Of a DNA stretch of 64,000 nucleotides, positions 46,601 to 59,747 are shown piece by piece; within the stretch, counting starts at the first letter, position 1, and each line of letters opens with the position of its first letter. A program made the position numbers and the translations under genes. The DNA comes from Raillietiella orientalis. Its lineage: Eukaryota. The notes beneath the pieces are model-generated. The model was not told the origin of the DNA and made no database searches. It saw only the letters and a program-made list of their open reading frames with translations. The stretch covers positions 1 through 64,000 of the forward strand of contig JAYWIR010000139.1 of the NCBI GenBank assembly GCA_036172245.1. The letters run 5' to 3'.

Positions 46601-48221
46601 GTGTGCCGTTGGGGGACTTCTCCCTTGCTGAAGGGTGGTCCAGCTGCCTCCAAAAAGTCGAGACGACGATCGGCCCGTTCCTGGAAGGCAAGTTTCACTT
46701 GCCGGAAAGGGCCCCGGTTTGGAACGCCTTCGCGGCCCCCATCCTCCGCCCCTTGCTTTTTGTTCGCTCCGCCCCCGTGGAATCAAAAAAGCGGACGAAG
46801 GACCTCCTCCGTATAGCTCTTTGGGGCAAGGGGAGGCCCCGAGTCCCCTTGAAGGACTTGTGCGCTCCGCGTCGGGACGGCGGTCTCAGCATCCTGACGC
46901 TGGAGCGCGTGGAAATCCAGCTGCGATGGCGGACCCTCGCTATCGCAGCGAAGATGCGAAGCACCGCTTGGTGCATTCCGTCCCGCCTCCTGGCCAGGCG
47001 TGTGTCCCGTTGCGAAGGACTCGCATCGTTTCTTCTGTGCCCTGGCCGGAAGATTCGAAGATGCGGTCTACTGCTCGGCCGCATTGCAACCCTGGCAAAG
47101 GGGAACGACTGGATGGTTTGTGGACCTGCTAACTCCTTTATCAGGCTGGAAGAGACTGCTAGCACCTTGGCCAAGCAGAACCAGAGGTGCGAAGACCGGA
47201 TGAGCTGCCTGCGAGTCGGCTTTTACGCCTGCCGAACTCTCCGTGAAATTCTTGAATTTCCACCGAGTTACTCGTGGGCGGAAAGCACACCCCTTGTTAC
47301 GGCGATGCCCTTCCTCCAAAGGGCGCTTCACGAAAGCCGGAAGCTAAGGTGGCAAGTCTGCTGCCGTATCGCAAAGAGAGAAGATGATGAGCTTCTGGAC
47401 CATGGGAGAGTTGACAGATGCAACGACCCCTAGTCTTCAGCCGCGTGGATTAAGAAGATGGAGCGAAGTGCTCGGCATTCGATTGGATGATCTGAAGTGG
47501 CCCCCGGTTCTACTTGGATCCAGGATTCTTCTTTACTGAAGTGGCAAGAATCGGCGCTTCTGTGGCTGCATTGGGGTCTACCCTGCAACGCGCTCCGCTT
47601 CCACTGGACGCGGGGAAGAGTAAATCCTGCATGTGCCAGGTGTGGGGAGCGGGAGTCGCTCCCCCACCTGTTAGTTGATTGCCCTGCCGTCCGCATTCTT
47701 TGGGATCGTCTTAAAACGGCCCTTGGGATACCGGATGGTGGCCACGTTAGATGCGTTTACAGTCTTCGTGCGGGACGCCCTCAGTCCAGCCGCAGCCCTG
47801 GCAGCACTTTGCTGCATTCGTGGTATCGTGGCGGCCTGGGGTGATGACGAAGATGAAGACTGCATCGTGAGGGACGTCATCGAGTATGCTTCTCGCTTCC
47901 TGCAGAGAGCTATTCGATGGCTCCTACTAGGAAAACTGAATAAGGAACTAGAAGGCATCCTGCAAAGGATGGGCGCTCCCAGCAAATTTCTGTGATCATT
48001 TCCCGGCCCTCCAAACTTCTTTTTTTATTTTTTTTTTCCTCTTTTATTTTATTTTTGTTTTCTCTCCCATCCCCCTCCACTGCCGAGGAGAGCCACACGG
48101 GGCTGCTTCCCGGTGTCCCGGCAGTTCCGATATTTCGTGGTCGTCAGTATGGCCTTGTACCACGTTCTGTATTGACTGTAGAAATGTTTTTAATCTACTT
48201 CCTGTCGTATCCGGGTGGCAT

Positions 48222-48961
48222 CGCCCCCAGCATTTTCTGTAGCAGCCTCGCGCGTTTCTTTAGGTTCCTCGCGGAAACCACGCTTACAGCGGATTGTGGG
48301 CACACTTCTCTCGAGTGACTTATTGTCTCTCATACCTGGCACTGTACGTTGGGGCACCTTTTTTTGAGGTGTTGCGATGTGTTGCAGAAGCCACAGTATT
48401 AGGGCTTCCCCACGTACCAGAGGTCGACGCTTTCTTTGCCGACCAGCAGTTTGTGGTGCAGGGTAGAGCTTTTTCGTGCGGTTACACGGGCAGCCGTGAG
48501 GCCGCGCTGAACTGTAGAATAGTCCTCGAAAGGTCTAGGCTTGGTCCATACTGCATGGTCCGTGCCTTCTTTTCCCAACGCGGCGCGTAATTGTTCTTTC
48601 CGCATCCGCGCGGTAACTCCTGAAAGGAGGACCACCATACTGTGGTCCGCCGTAATGGGAAGGAGCCTGCGTGTCCGCATCACCACTGGTGTTTTGTGCA
48701 GATGTTGGGCCTGATCTACGTGTTTGCAGATCACCTCTACGCATTGCCCCAGCTACGAATGGTTATCGCGCATAGCTACTCCTCTTTAATATCGAGAGCG
48801 CGCATCCCCTGCGAAAGGGCGCGCGCACTCTCAGAAAAATACAAATTTCCTACGTTGTAGAATAGCGATGGGGTATACTTCTCTTCTACATAGGCAGATA
48901 ATTCCGCCGCGGCTGCAGGCGATGGCGCCGACACGACGGCACTCCACGCCCGCGCTGCAGC
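48222..48961 (-). pseudogene. Family A copy A2: internal ORF1 fragment
   Basis: Collinear with A0 at about 410-1145 (ICKH..., VDLWYVGKP, RNLKKRARLLQK). Confidence 0.85.
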
Positions 48962-51900
48962 ATGGACGACCCCGCGTTGGTAGCACAGGGATGCTAGCGA
49001 AGCCTCGGGTGTAGGGCGTTACGGACGAAGAGGGTGCGCAAAGCGTCTCTGGAGTTGCCTTCGGGGATAACCAGGGTCTTGGCAAAGCGTTATCACAAGG
49101 GATGGAGAGCAACACAATTTACTAACAGGTGGGGGAGGTAATCCTTCTCCCCGCACCTGACACAATTGGGGATGACACCTTCTCGCGTCCAGTGGTGTCT
49201 GCGTGCGTTGCAGGGAACACCCCAATGCAACACCGAAAGTGCCGACTGTTGCCACTTCATGGGGAGGGTGCGGGAGTCCATGTGCACTGGGGGCCCCTCG
49301 ACATGTTCCTCCGGAACATCCAGTTGCTCACCTCAGCGTAACAGTCCGTGTGGGGTGGTCCTCGGTGTCGCAGCGTTGGTCAGCTGACCCATTCTCCAAT
49401 CCCCGAACTTCTTTCCTTTGCGAGCGATGTTGAAGGTAATCTTCCATTGTGCCGCGACGTCGCTGCCCATATGTTCCCTTAAAGTAGGCAGTAATGCAGC
49501 AAGGGAACTTCCTTGTTCCAACGCTCTCTTTCGGGGATCCTCGATGATTTCTCGGAGCGTGCGGTGGGCGCACGGCCCGACCAGAGCTATTCGCTCCAGT
49601 TGCGGGCTCTGCTCCTGAGTCATTGCCCACGTTCGAAAGGTTTCCTGCAGCCGGGCAGGACCGTTTGCTTGGCGTACGAAGATGGATCCCGCTTTGTTTC
49701 TTACGAGTTTGGCCGCCCTTTGAAGCTGAATTCCGCAGTGGCAGATCGGCCTTCGGAGTGCAAAGTAGGAGAAGAGTCCCGCGTTGATGTTGACCTGCTC
49801 GACGAGGAGGCGTGCAGGGACGCACCAGGGGGTGCACCAGTTCCTTACCATGAAAGCAATTATCCAGAACTGGAGCTGAAGCTCCAGCCGCTTCAGCGTC
49901 AGGGTACCTGGACCACCATTCCGACGCAGAGCGCACAAGTTTGCAAGACGGACATGGGGCCTCCCTCTGCCACAAAGGGCGATCTCAAGGAGGTCCTTAG
50001 TCCTTTTTGGATCTCCGCTGAGAAGGGGCAAACAAAAAGCAAGAAGCGGAGGAGAGGAGCCGCGAACGCGTTCCACGCAGCGACCCATTCGTGGAGGAAG
50101 AACCTGCCGTCCTGGAACGGGCCGATCGCCGCCTGAGCCTTCTGAAGGCAGCCGGACCACTCTTCCGCAGGGGGATAATCCCCCAACGGCACATCAAGGT
50201 ACTTAAAGTACCTTAATATGGGGATCCCCATACGGACCCAGTCCTGCTGTCCTGCCCACGCCGCTCCGACTGGCATTAGGGACGACTTCGCCCTGTTCAT
50301 CGTAAGTCCGGTTCCCCGATGCAGCAGGTCGAGGAACTCCTCGACCGCTGTAGACGGGGTGGAAATACGGAGCAGCAGCAGCAGATCGTCCGCATATACC
50401 GAAACCGTCGGCGTACCGGGACAATCGCGCTGCAGGTGCGCCGGAGTCTCCCTGTACGCTCTCAGCACCAATTTTAAATAGGCGCTAAACAGCAAGGGGC
50501 TCAGGCTGTCTCCCTGCCGTATGCCGCGTCGCACCGGTACGCCGTGCACGGAATTCCCACTGAAAAAGATGTTAGTAAGCGCGTCGCGCCAGCTGGAGCG
50601 CAGGTAGGCTAACAAAGAGGTCGGGAAGCCCAAGCGTTTCAGAAGCTCCATCAGGAGATTCTGGACGACGCTGTCGAATGCTTTACGCAATGGGACAGCG
50701 ACCGCAAGGGATTTCTTACCCACCCGACCGTCCCGTTTTCCACCAACAAACGCCCGGAATTCCGGCTGTTCAATAAGCCCCTTCTTTGTTGGAGCTCTGA
50801 CCATGTGGAAGCGTGGAACAGGTTCGCCTCCATGCTCCGCCCGGGAACAGCATATGTGTGTTCCGGGCTGATGAAGATGTTAACAACCCGTCCCAGACGC
50901 TCTGCCCACAGCTTGGCTAGCAACTTTGCGTCTACATTTACTATTGTGATGGGATGCCAGTTGTCCATGCTCCTCAGGTCTCTTCCCTCAGGGAGGAGCC
51001 GCACCTTTGCTAAACAAAACGAGGTGGGAACGTCACCTGTCTCGCAAATCTGCAGGGCGAGCTGATGTACCAGAAGAGTAAGCTCTGCCGCGGAAGTTTG
51101 ATAAAAATTTGCAGGCAGGCCGTCCTCTCCTGGAGTTTTCTTGAGCTTTCCGATGACCGAGATGATCTCGTCCATCGTGAAAGGCTCGTAAAGGCTCTTT
51201 TTTGTTCTCATCTTCGATCGCTGAAGCATCTTCTGGAAGCAAAAGTCGTGAGACATCATGCTATGGAAACGCCCTGGCGTACAGCGAGGAGTAAAATTTA
51301 CGGACAATCCCGCGCTTCTGAGCAGGAGCCGAGTGCTCCCGGTTCTGGTCGTCCAGCAAGCTGGCCGATGCGTATTGCCAGGCTTGCCTCTCGGCTCGCG
51401 CTCGATACTCCGCTAGCCTGCGCATGTCTCGGGTTCTTGCATAACGTCGCGCCTGTAGATAGGACCTATGGTTACGCGGCCCCTCCCCAAATCCCACAGG
51501 TAGGCGATGCAAAGGGAACTGATCGCAGAACTCCTGGACCGGCCACTTTCAGCGGTCCCAGTCCTGAAGCGTCCGCATCCTGAAGCTCCGTATGAACGCA
51601 TGGATATGTTCCGCCGCGTCCGGGAGCTTCAGCCAGTCCCATGACAGACGGTACGCTGATGAGGGGAGCCCTTGTCGCGCGGATGCACTTCGAACACTAT
51701 TTAGCCATGGTCCGAAAGCTCGGACGGTAACTTCCCGCCTTCGCCCACGCGAGAGCATTGGTGCGGGTCAAGGTACACGTGATCGATGCTGCGTTCCATG
51801 TCCGTATCTCTGGCCAGCAAGTTGCACGTATGCATTTGTGCGCACAACTCGTTGGAGCGGTCGTTCAGTGTACCCTGCGCACCTGAAACCAGGCGCAGGT

Positions 51901-53426
51901 TTAAATCACCTGCGATCAAGTGCGCTTTACGAACAATTACTCTGGTCAGTCATTCGAATCCGAGGGCAAGGTAGAATTCTCTAATAGCCTTAGCCCTCAA
52001 CGCGTCGTTACTGCTAGGACCGTACAGGTTGGTGACGACCACGTCGATTGAGTCGGACCAGCTGAGAGTCAGCCGAACGACGCGACCGGCGTCATCAAAC
52101 CGTACGTCCTTTTTGCGGCCTCGATGGAAGGCCGGAGCAGGAAGGCGACACCTCTTAATTTCGCGGTGCTGCAGCGCCACAGCAGCCATCCACCCGAGAT
52201 CCGTTCCATCTGCTGCGTTCGCACAGTGCAGACGTTTTCGCGTCTCTCCGCGTCCGCGATCGAGCATCTTTGTGCGTGAGTTTTCGCTCGCAATTGTGTG
52301 TTTCATGGAAGTGGACGAAGCAGCGTTGTGCAGCATGGCCACTTCTGGAAATGGTGTGAAGGAGACAGCCGTTGAATTCGAATCAATTGAAATGGAAGCG
52401 GCTGCATCCTCCGTGACGGTTTCCTCGCCTTCAATGAGGAGCTACGCCGCTGTCACCTCCCAGAGAGCATGACCCTGCGCTGCGGAGTTTTAGGCTTATG
52501 TGGCATCCGGCTGCATGCTTGCACTCCGTTTTAATGTCAGTGGGCCCCTTAACGGGAGGATCGGGCGAGCTCAACGACGAGCTCTTCCGGATCGGGGTTC
52601 GGGAGGAGGAGCTTCTTGCCATCATGCCTGCAGGCAGGATGGAATATACGTAGATACTAGATAAGTGTGCTGGTAAAGTTCGCCACCGTGCACGCTCTGT
52701 GGAGGAGGCCCAATCCTCTGAAGGATTTCCCCTCTGTCCACATTGGACAAGCCTCCGCGCAGATCACCGTCGTGAACAGGCGTGTTGTGCCCGAGAAGCT
52801 GCAGGTGAAAGGCACGGTCGTTCACCTGTGGTTTATAGAACAGAATCGCGCGTGCGAGCTGTGCGGCAAGGAGGGACACCGAAAGAAGGAATGTTCCACC
52901 CCGAAATTCCGCTGCTGCAAAGAAACCGGGCACGAAATAAAAAAGTGCATGGTCCTTGCAATGAAAAAAGTAGCAGCGGAAGTTCGTCGCGTTCAAGATA
53001 CCAACGCACGAAAGGCCGCTGCCCCCAAGAAAAAACAGTGTCCGCGGAGTCTTGGCAAAAGACCCAAGCAATACGCTGCTATACAAAACGCGTCCCCGCC
53101 CGCAACGCCCCAAAAGGGAGAAATCGCGGCGAAGAAGCCATTTCAAAAGGGGCGCGAGGGCGCGACGCGTGCCGTGCCCGCTCTCGCTGCCGTACTCGGA
53201 AGCAATTCTCCAAGCCAGGAACCAAGAAATTTCCGAAGACCCTCAGTAGGAAAGGTAGGAGAGCAGGAAGATCGCCACCGGGCGAATACTTCCAGCTCTA
53301 ACCCGCTGTCCCTTCGGAAATCGGCAAAGTCCCAATCCTACGCAGGGGCCTCTGCGTAGGATAGTCGCCAGCGGCGCGCCGTGCGAAATCACTCTGCAGA
53401 CAGTCGCCCCTTCACCGACTCGGCAA

Positions 53427-56400
53427 TTTTCCCTAAGTCCCACAAGGAATGGGTTGAATTTATTTCCCATTTTTTAAAACACATTCATTCTACAATCACA
53501 TTCATACAACATACCCACTTTACATCACTCTGAATTTCCTGAGGATATTACAAGTTCTGCTTTCAGGTTCGGTTTCCACATGTTTGTTCCCGGGCGTCGT
53601 CTTCAATCCTCTTCAGGATGAATCGGTAGGTCCAGGCAAGGATTCGCCCACAATTCCTCATGTCGATCTCCTTCTTGATGAGTCCTTAAAGGATCTCTAT
53701 CATAGGTGCGGCTCTCCTGGCTTTCCTCATCTTCCACCACCGCACAAGTATGGCGGTGATGAAGAGGCTTCCTCACCATGGGATTGTAACAGGGAACATT
53801 ACCATCTCCCTGAAACATCCCGGCGAGTATCTCCATTGTGGAGCTGGTGGAGAGTCCAATGATCCTTTTCAGGATCAGCCAGTCATGCAGCAGTGTGGGA
53901 CACGTCAAGACGTGAAGTCTCGTGTCGTCGTCTCCACATGCTGCGCAGTCTCGGTCTTCCCGTCTTCCTGTGATGTGCTGCAATCGGGACCCACTCTGGA
54001 TTCCTCCGTGATAAAACATCAGGAGGTCATCCTGGGTGCCCTGCGGAAGGTCACTCCTCCAGAGCGTCGTGCCGATCGCTAACAGGTTGATCCGGTCACT
54101 CCCGTAGCGACCGGCGGCTCCTTGTAAGGCACTAATGTATCGATCGTCTTCTTTGATGAGTCTTCGGAGGTTTATTTTGGTCACCCTGGACTACGCGAGG
54201 TCGTTGTGGTTGGTCCACACCTCGCGGGTCATGTGGTTGAACCTTCGTAACATCATCTCTATAAACCTAAGTATACGAGTGTGGTGTGGGTAGCCTCCTC
54301 TTCTCCACTGCTGGATTCGAAGCAGGGTAACTCTGGACCGCCTGTAGATCCAGCTTCTTGTGTCCGAGGGAACCGGAAGCATCCAAGGCATCACCACGAT
54401 AGACTCCTCCTTCTAGAGTTCCCTGCTTTGCGGTACAATCTTGATTTTGTGCTTTCGCACCAGTCGTTGCTTCCTCGTCCAGGTTGGGTCGATTTTTTTC
54501 CATTCGCCTGCTCGGCCTAGCAGCGCAGTCATCAGACCTTTCGAGTTGTTCAACAACAACGCGTAGACCCTGTGCGCCGCATAAGGACAGTCATCCCAGT
54601 GAGTGGCAATGTCCAGGAAGTGTCGCGTATCCATGATTTCTATGGAGTGTTCAAGCGACTTCATCCCGGAACCGCCTTCTTCCCTGGGACGACACAGGGG
54701 TTTGAGCCGTACTCTTGGTCGGTAATGGCCCCACAGTGTTTTGCGTTGCAGCTTTTCGAACTCCCTCGTGGTTTCCTTGTTCATCCTCCCGAAGGCCGCT
54801 CCGAAGAGTACCTTTGGAAGGAGTACTACGTTCCACAGGTTGGCCCTTCGCTTCATCCCAAAGTCCAGTCAAGTGTATTTTGCTGCCTCCTTGACCGTTT
54901 TCCCCAGGATTTCCGTCCACAGTAGCTTCGACACGGAGTCGTGGGCTGTGTGGACTCATAGGTACTTGGCCGTGTGTACCGTACGGAATCTGGTTTTCGT
55001 GAGGGCGGAGAGATCCTGTATTCCGACGGGCAAAAGCTGGCTGTTCTGGGCATTGATCTTCAAGCCCAGTCCATCTTTCATAAGGCTCTCCACATCCAGG
55101 AACGTTTGTTGATCCCTCTCTCCTCTTATGAAGAAGAGGAGATCGTCGGAGTAGGATAGATGGGTGAGCTTCTGGTCGTCTACGTTCACTCCGTTCAAAC
55201 GTCCGATCTTCTCGACGAAAGAAGAGAGCGCCTCCATTTAGATAACGAACAGCATCGGACTTAGCGAGTCGGCCTGCCGAACTCCTCGTCCCATCCGAAT
55301 GACTGCCGTTTCCATTCCATTGATTTTAATCCGGAAGTGTTGATTCCGTAGGATCATTTGCACGACGAAGCTGAAGTATTCTGGAAGTCTTAGCTTTTCC
55401 AAAATCTTCAGCAGCATCCCGTGGTCGATGGTGTGGAAGGCTTTCTTTATGTCTGTGAACGCAAGCACCAGGTTCTCGCCGACGTATCGGCTAAGTCCCA
55501 CGATAGCTTGAGCGCACTTGACATTGTCCAGCATGTGGCTCCAGGGTACCGCACACGTCTGAACAGGAGATATCAGCCTCGACATATCTTTGCCTAAACG
55601 GTTGGCCCAGATCTTTGCCAACCACTTGGCATCCGAGTTAAGGATCAAGATTGGCCTCCATTGGCCTATCCTGGATAGGTCGTCTCCTTTCGGCAACAAT
55701 CTCGTCCTGCTCTCGTTGGAGGACTCCGGCAGTCGTCCTTCTTGTCGGATGCAGAGGGTCAACTGGTGCAATAAACGCAGGTAGGAGTGCAGGTACCTCT
55801 GATAATGAGAGATGGGGACATCATCAGGGCCTGCTGCCACGTCCTTGCGTAATTGACCGAACGCAGTCTTCACCTCTTCTTCGGTAAAATGCTCCTCCAG
55901 TCTCTTCCGCTGGAGGTCGTCAAGCTTCTTTTCAAGATAGCCCAGGAAGGTGTTTGGCGTAGCCAGATACAGTTGTTCGCGTCGAAAGCGTTCCGTATAA
56001 TGCCTTTCGAAGACATCTACGATATCTTCAGACGTGTGTCGACTTTGATTACCGTACTGGATGCAGAAGATATCTGTTGCCAGATTTCTCTTCTCCAGCA
56101 CGCCGACTTCCCCTTTTACATTATGGAAGACGTACCGTCTCTCGTACTCCTCGAAGTACTTGGAGAGTGAGCGATCTTGGATGTTCAGCTCACGGTATGC
56201 CTCCTGCCTCAAGCGCCTATCCCTGAATTGCATATTTGCAAACAGGTATATCCTGTGTTTCACGCTGTCCCAGTGGGCGACTTTTCTGATTTTTGTGGTC
56301 TTCAGAATCGTTTTCAGGACCTCCTAATGTCCAATGTGTCTCGAACCAGGCAAGCATGCTGATGAGCGCCGCCCTGGTGCCTTGCCTCCGCCGAGGATTC

Positions 56401-59074
56401 TCCGTTTTTAGGAAAAACCGCACCAACGGGTGATCGGACAGAGTGGTCAATGTGTCTCGAAAATCCTGAATGCGATTCCCTAGTTCGGTGCTGTGAAGGA
56501 CGTGATCGATCGGCTTGTGACTTGCTGTTCGCCACACCAGTCAGAACTCGTCCGACAGCCACCGAAACGCCTTCTTCCTGAGGCGTCCTGGAATCTTGTG
56601 TGTTCGTCTAGGATATTAAGATCGCCAGCAACGATCACGACGTCCTTGGACGCGACCTTCTCCCGGAGTGCTGCATACAGTGCCTCCGCACATCGATGTT
56701 TGTACCTGTGTGGCTTGTACACGTTTACCCAGGAAAGGTGAACGTGAGGGGTCCAGGCCAGTCATACGCCGATTATACGTCCCTGCAAGCGACAGAAGAT
56801 TTTCAGAATGGTAGGAGCCAGTTGGTTCTTGACCAAGACCTCCACACCCTGCGTGTTTCGTTCTCCTTCGCTGACGAGCATCTGCTCATTAAAACGTCGT
56901 TCCATTTGCTGGATGATTTGGACACCCAACGTGTGGGTCTCCTGCAGGCACACGATGTCTTGCCGATGTCTTGTTGTGCGATGATCCGCACAATCTTCTT
57001 TCTCTTCCTCTTGTCGACTAACCCATTTACGTTCCAGGAGGCGATGTTGATGTTCCTGGCGGTCGACAGGTATTAGGTAATAAAGGGGAAGACAGACTTT
57101 TTGGCCTTCCTGAGCTTCTTCTGTCTGGGAGAGCGTGCTTTTCCAGACGATGAAGAAGGAGCGGGTTTTGCAGCTAGCAGCGTTATTCTCCGTCCCGGTG
57201 AGCTCGGTGAATTCAGCCTCCTCCGTAGAGTGTTCTGCTCGCGCGATAAGTTTCCTAGGTATATCCTCTATCGCCACCTTTGCGCAGAAGTTCGCCTTAA
57301 TGTCGAGAAGCTGTTCCTTTAGTCTCTCGCGCTCGGTAACTTCCACCACCTTATTCACCGTCTCCTGTGCGTTGCAGATCTTCTGCAGGATTTGCTTTTG
57401 CTTGGGCCCGCTTTGCACCTCGATCACTTCTTACGCCAGTTTAGCCAGCTCTTCGGTGGACTGCAGGGCCTCCTAAGACAATGGAGTGGCTTCTTTTTCC
57501 ACCTTTGCTTCTTCCAGTGCTGTCTCCATTTTCTAGCCTTCCGCTGCTCTTTCTGGGGTAAGAGAGGCTTTCTGCTCCTTGATGAGCATCTTTTTCTTTC
57601 CCTTTTTACCGACTTCAATAAGACCGTTCGCCGATACCGGCAAGGCTTCCTTAGTCTTCTTCGGCCTTCCTGCCAACTTTTGAGGCCCTTCCGCCTCTTT
57701 TATATTCCTGTCTCTCACGGGAGAGAGTCCTCTGATCCCTCTACAAATGGCGAATTGAGGGCATCTCCATTTACCGTGCCCATGCGTCTTGAAGAAGGAA
57801 CAAACCTCCGGCTGCGGCAGTTTTGGACTTGTTGTCCTATCTTGCCGCAGCGGTAGGATCGAGATGTTGAGCAAGCGCCTGCCCTGTGGCCAAACTGCTT
57901 GCATCCAATGCAAAATATTGGCGGTTGCCGATAACGCACTTTCACACAATGTGATGGCTCATCAATGACTGCTATCCCAGGGATCACCGCGCCTTCCTTT
58001 AATTTTATGTTGGCGATCATGTCGCCAGAAAAGATTTTTCCTGAGAAGTTCTCGAACTCGAGGTAGAGAACTTCCCCAAACTTCTCCAAGTATTTCCACA
58101 CCGTTAGTTGGAGTGTGTAGATGGATATGCTATTTGAAAACACGGTCGTGTATGGCATCTTGCCAACGCCACAAACCATCCTTACTTGAATATTGATCTT
58201 CTTCTGGATCAATCCTTCCCTAATGTATTCACAGTCCGCGAAGACCGTGAACCCGTTGTTGCTGGGAATGATTGCGTGGTTACGATCAAAATCTATGTCT
58301 GTTCTGTCTAGAGACAGATATATCTCCCTGATATTGTTGAACTTTATCAATCCAGTCTTAAAAATAGTAGGCTTCACCTCTGGCCATAACTGGACGATAG
58401 GCCGATCTACCTTTTTGACTTTCCCTCTTAGACGTTTGCCGAATTTTCTTAGCGGATGCACACTGACCTTCCCCGCCGCCACCGATGCGTTCGAAAACGG
58501 CTGCACCTCCTCAGCCGAGCAAGATGGCGTCGCATCTTGCGCTCCCTGCACAGTGTGGACGCGCGCTGGTCCCGCCTGGGACGCCGCCGCGAGCGCAACC
58601 TCGACGTTGCCGCCACCGCTGCTGCGGGCGCAACCCTTGGCATCGCCGCCGCAGGCATGTCCGTTGCCTCCGCGGGCGCGATCCTCGTCGTCAACGCCAC
58701 AGGTACGACCTTCACCGTCGCCGCCGAAGACGCGATCCTTGGCATCGCCGCCACCGGCGCAGCGAAGCCCGCCGTGGGCGCGATCCTCGGCATCGCCGTT
58801 GCCATACGTTACCTCCATCTGCAAGGGGACGTCGGCCTCTTCTCTCCTGCTAATGCCTGCATCCTTGCAGCTAAAACTGCCGCTGAGGAAGTTTGAAGGT
58901 CTTCCGCTGTGATCTCCTCGGCGCTTCTTTTGTAGTTGTATGAGCAGATCCTACGCAGCACACTCTTGTCCACACTCACTTTCTTCTGGAAACTTTTTTT
59001 CTCCGGGCACACACGATCACAATTAACTAATCAACTGTCGTCGTGCGCGCTATACACTGAACCTTGAAGCCAGT
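53427..59074 (-). mobile_element. Family B copy B4, full-length, divergent subfamily, both ORFs broken
   Basis: Collinear with B1 but has many substitutions and a different 3' UTR interior. Flanked by TCACCGACTCGGCAA (53412-53426) and TTACCGAATCGTCAA (59075-59089). Confidence 0.9.
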
Positions 59075-59747
59075 TTACCGAATCGTCAACAAAGGAGCAA
59101 TCTTCCGACTTCCAAAAAGGCGACTGCGCTACCTCCTTTTCAAGGCGTGGCGAAAGCTACGCATTTAGATACGGTAGCGAAAACTCCGAAGGTTTCCGAG
59201 ACGAAAGTCGCGGAAGCTTCCGGAAATCGTAACGGCAAGTGGGAGATTGTCGAGAGGAGAAAAGAAAAATCTCACAGGAAGGCTTCGCAACCTCCATCTG
59301 TTAGCTGTTTTAAGGCAAACAACAGCCGCGTGAAGAAGAAAACCCGCGCGGAGGGTTCTTCTGCCCTGGAAAAAGCCAGCGCTGTCAACGCGTGCAATTT
59401 CGCCTCTATGACCGCCGAGCAAACGATTCCGGTGCGATCGGACGGATGCAAGCGCACGCCAATCGTGCGAGCATCAGATTCCGTAAAGGAGTCCTATAAC
59501 GGCGCTCAACGACGTGTTACTGGCACGGGATCGAGAATTTGCAGGGCTGACGCCGTGAGGCGTGATACACACTCCGCGGAACGGCGAGTGCTCTCCCCGG
59601 GACCCGTAGGTTCCGCACTCGGGGAGAAGCACCGATTACGCGCAGCACGGTGGAGACCGGTGGCAACCGCTCCCTCCATCCCTTCGTACTGTCTGCTGCC
59701 CGCTCGCCGGGAGAGGCGAGCACCACGGCCTCGCTATCCCAGCCGTG

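Larger units (their letters stand above)
33244..48221 (+). mobile_element. Family H copy H2 (own sequence 33244-33734 and 45280-48221), ORF2 pseudogene split by E1; its 3' end abuts family-A ORF1 antisense
   Basis: The frame AGDFNVR...SDH...EQFPVQRLPWVFG resumes as GFGEGP..NERAYLHARR at about 45285. YADD at about 46400; ORF2 stop at 47995. Confidence 0.82.
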
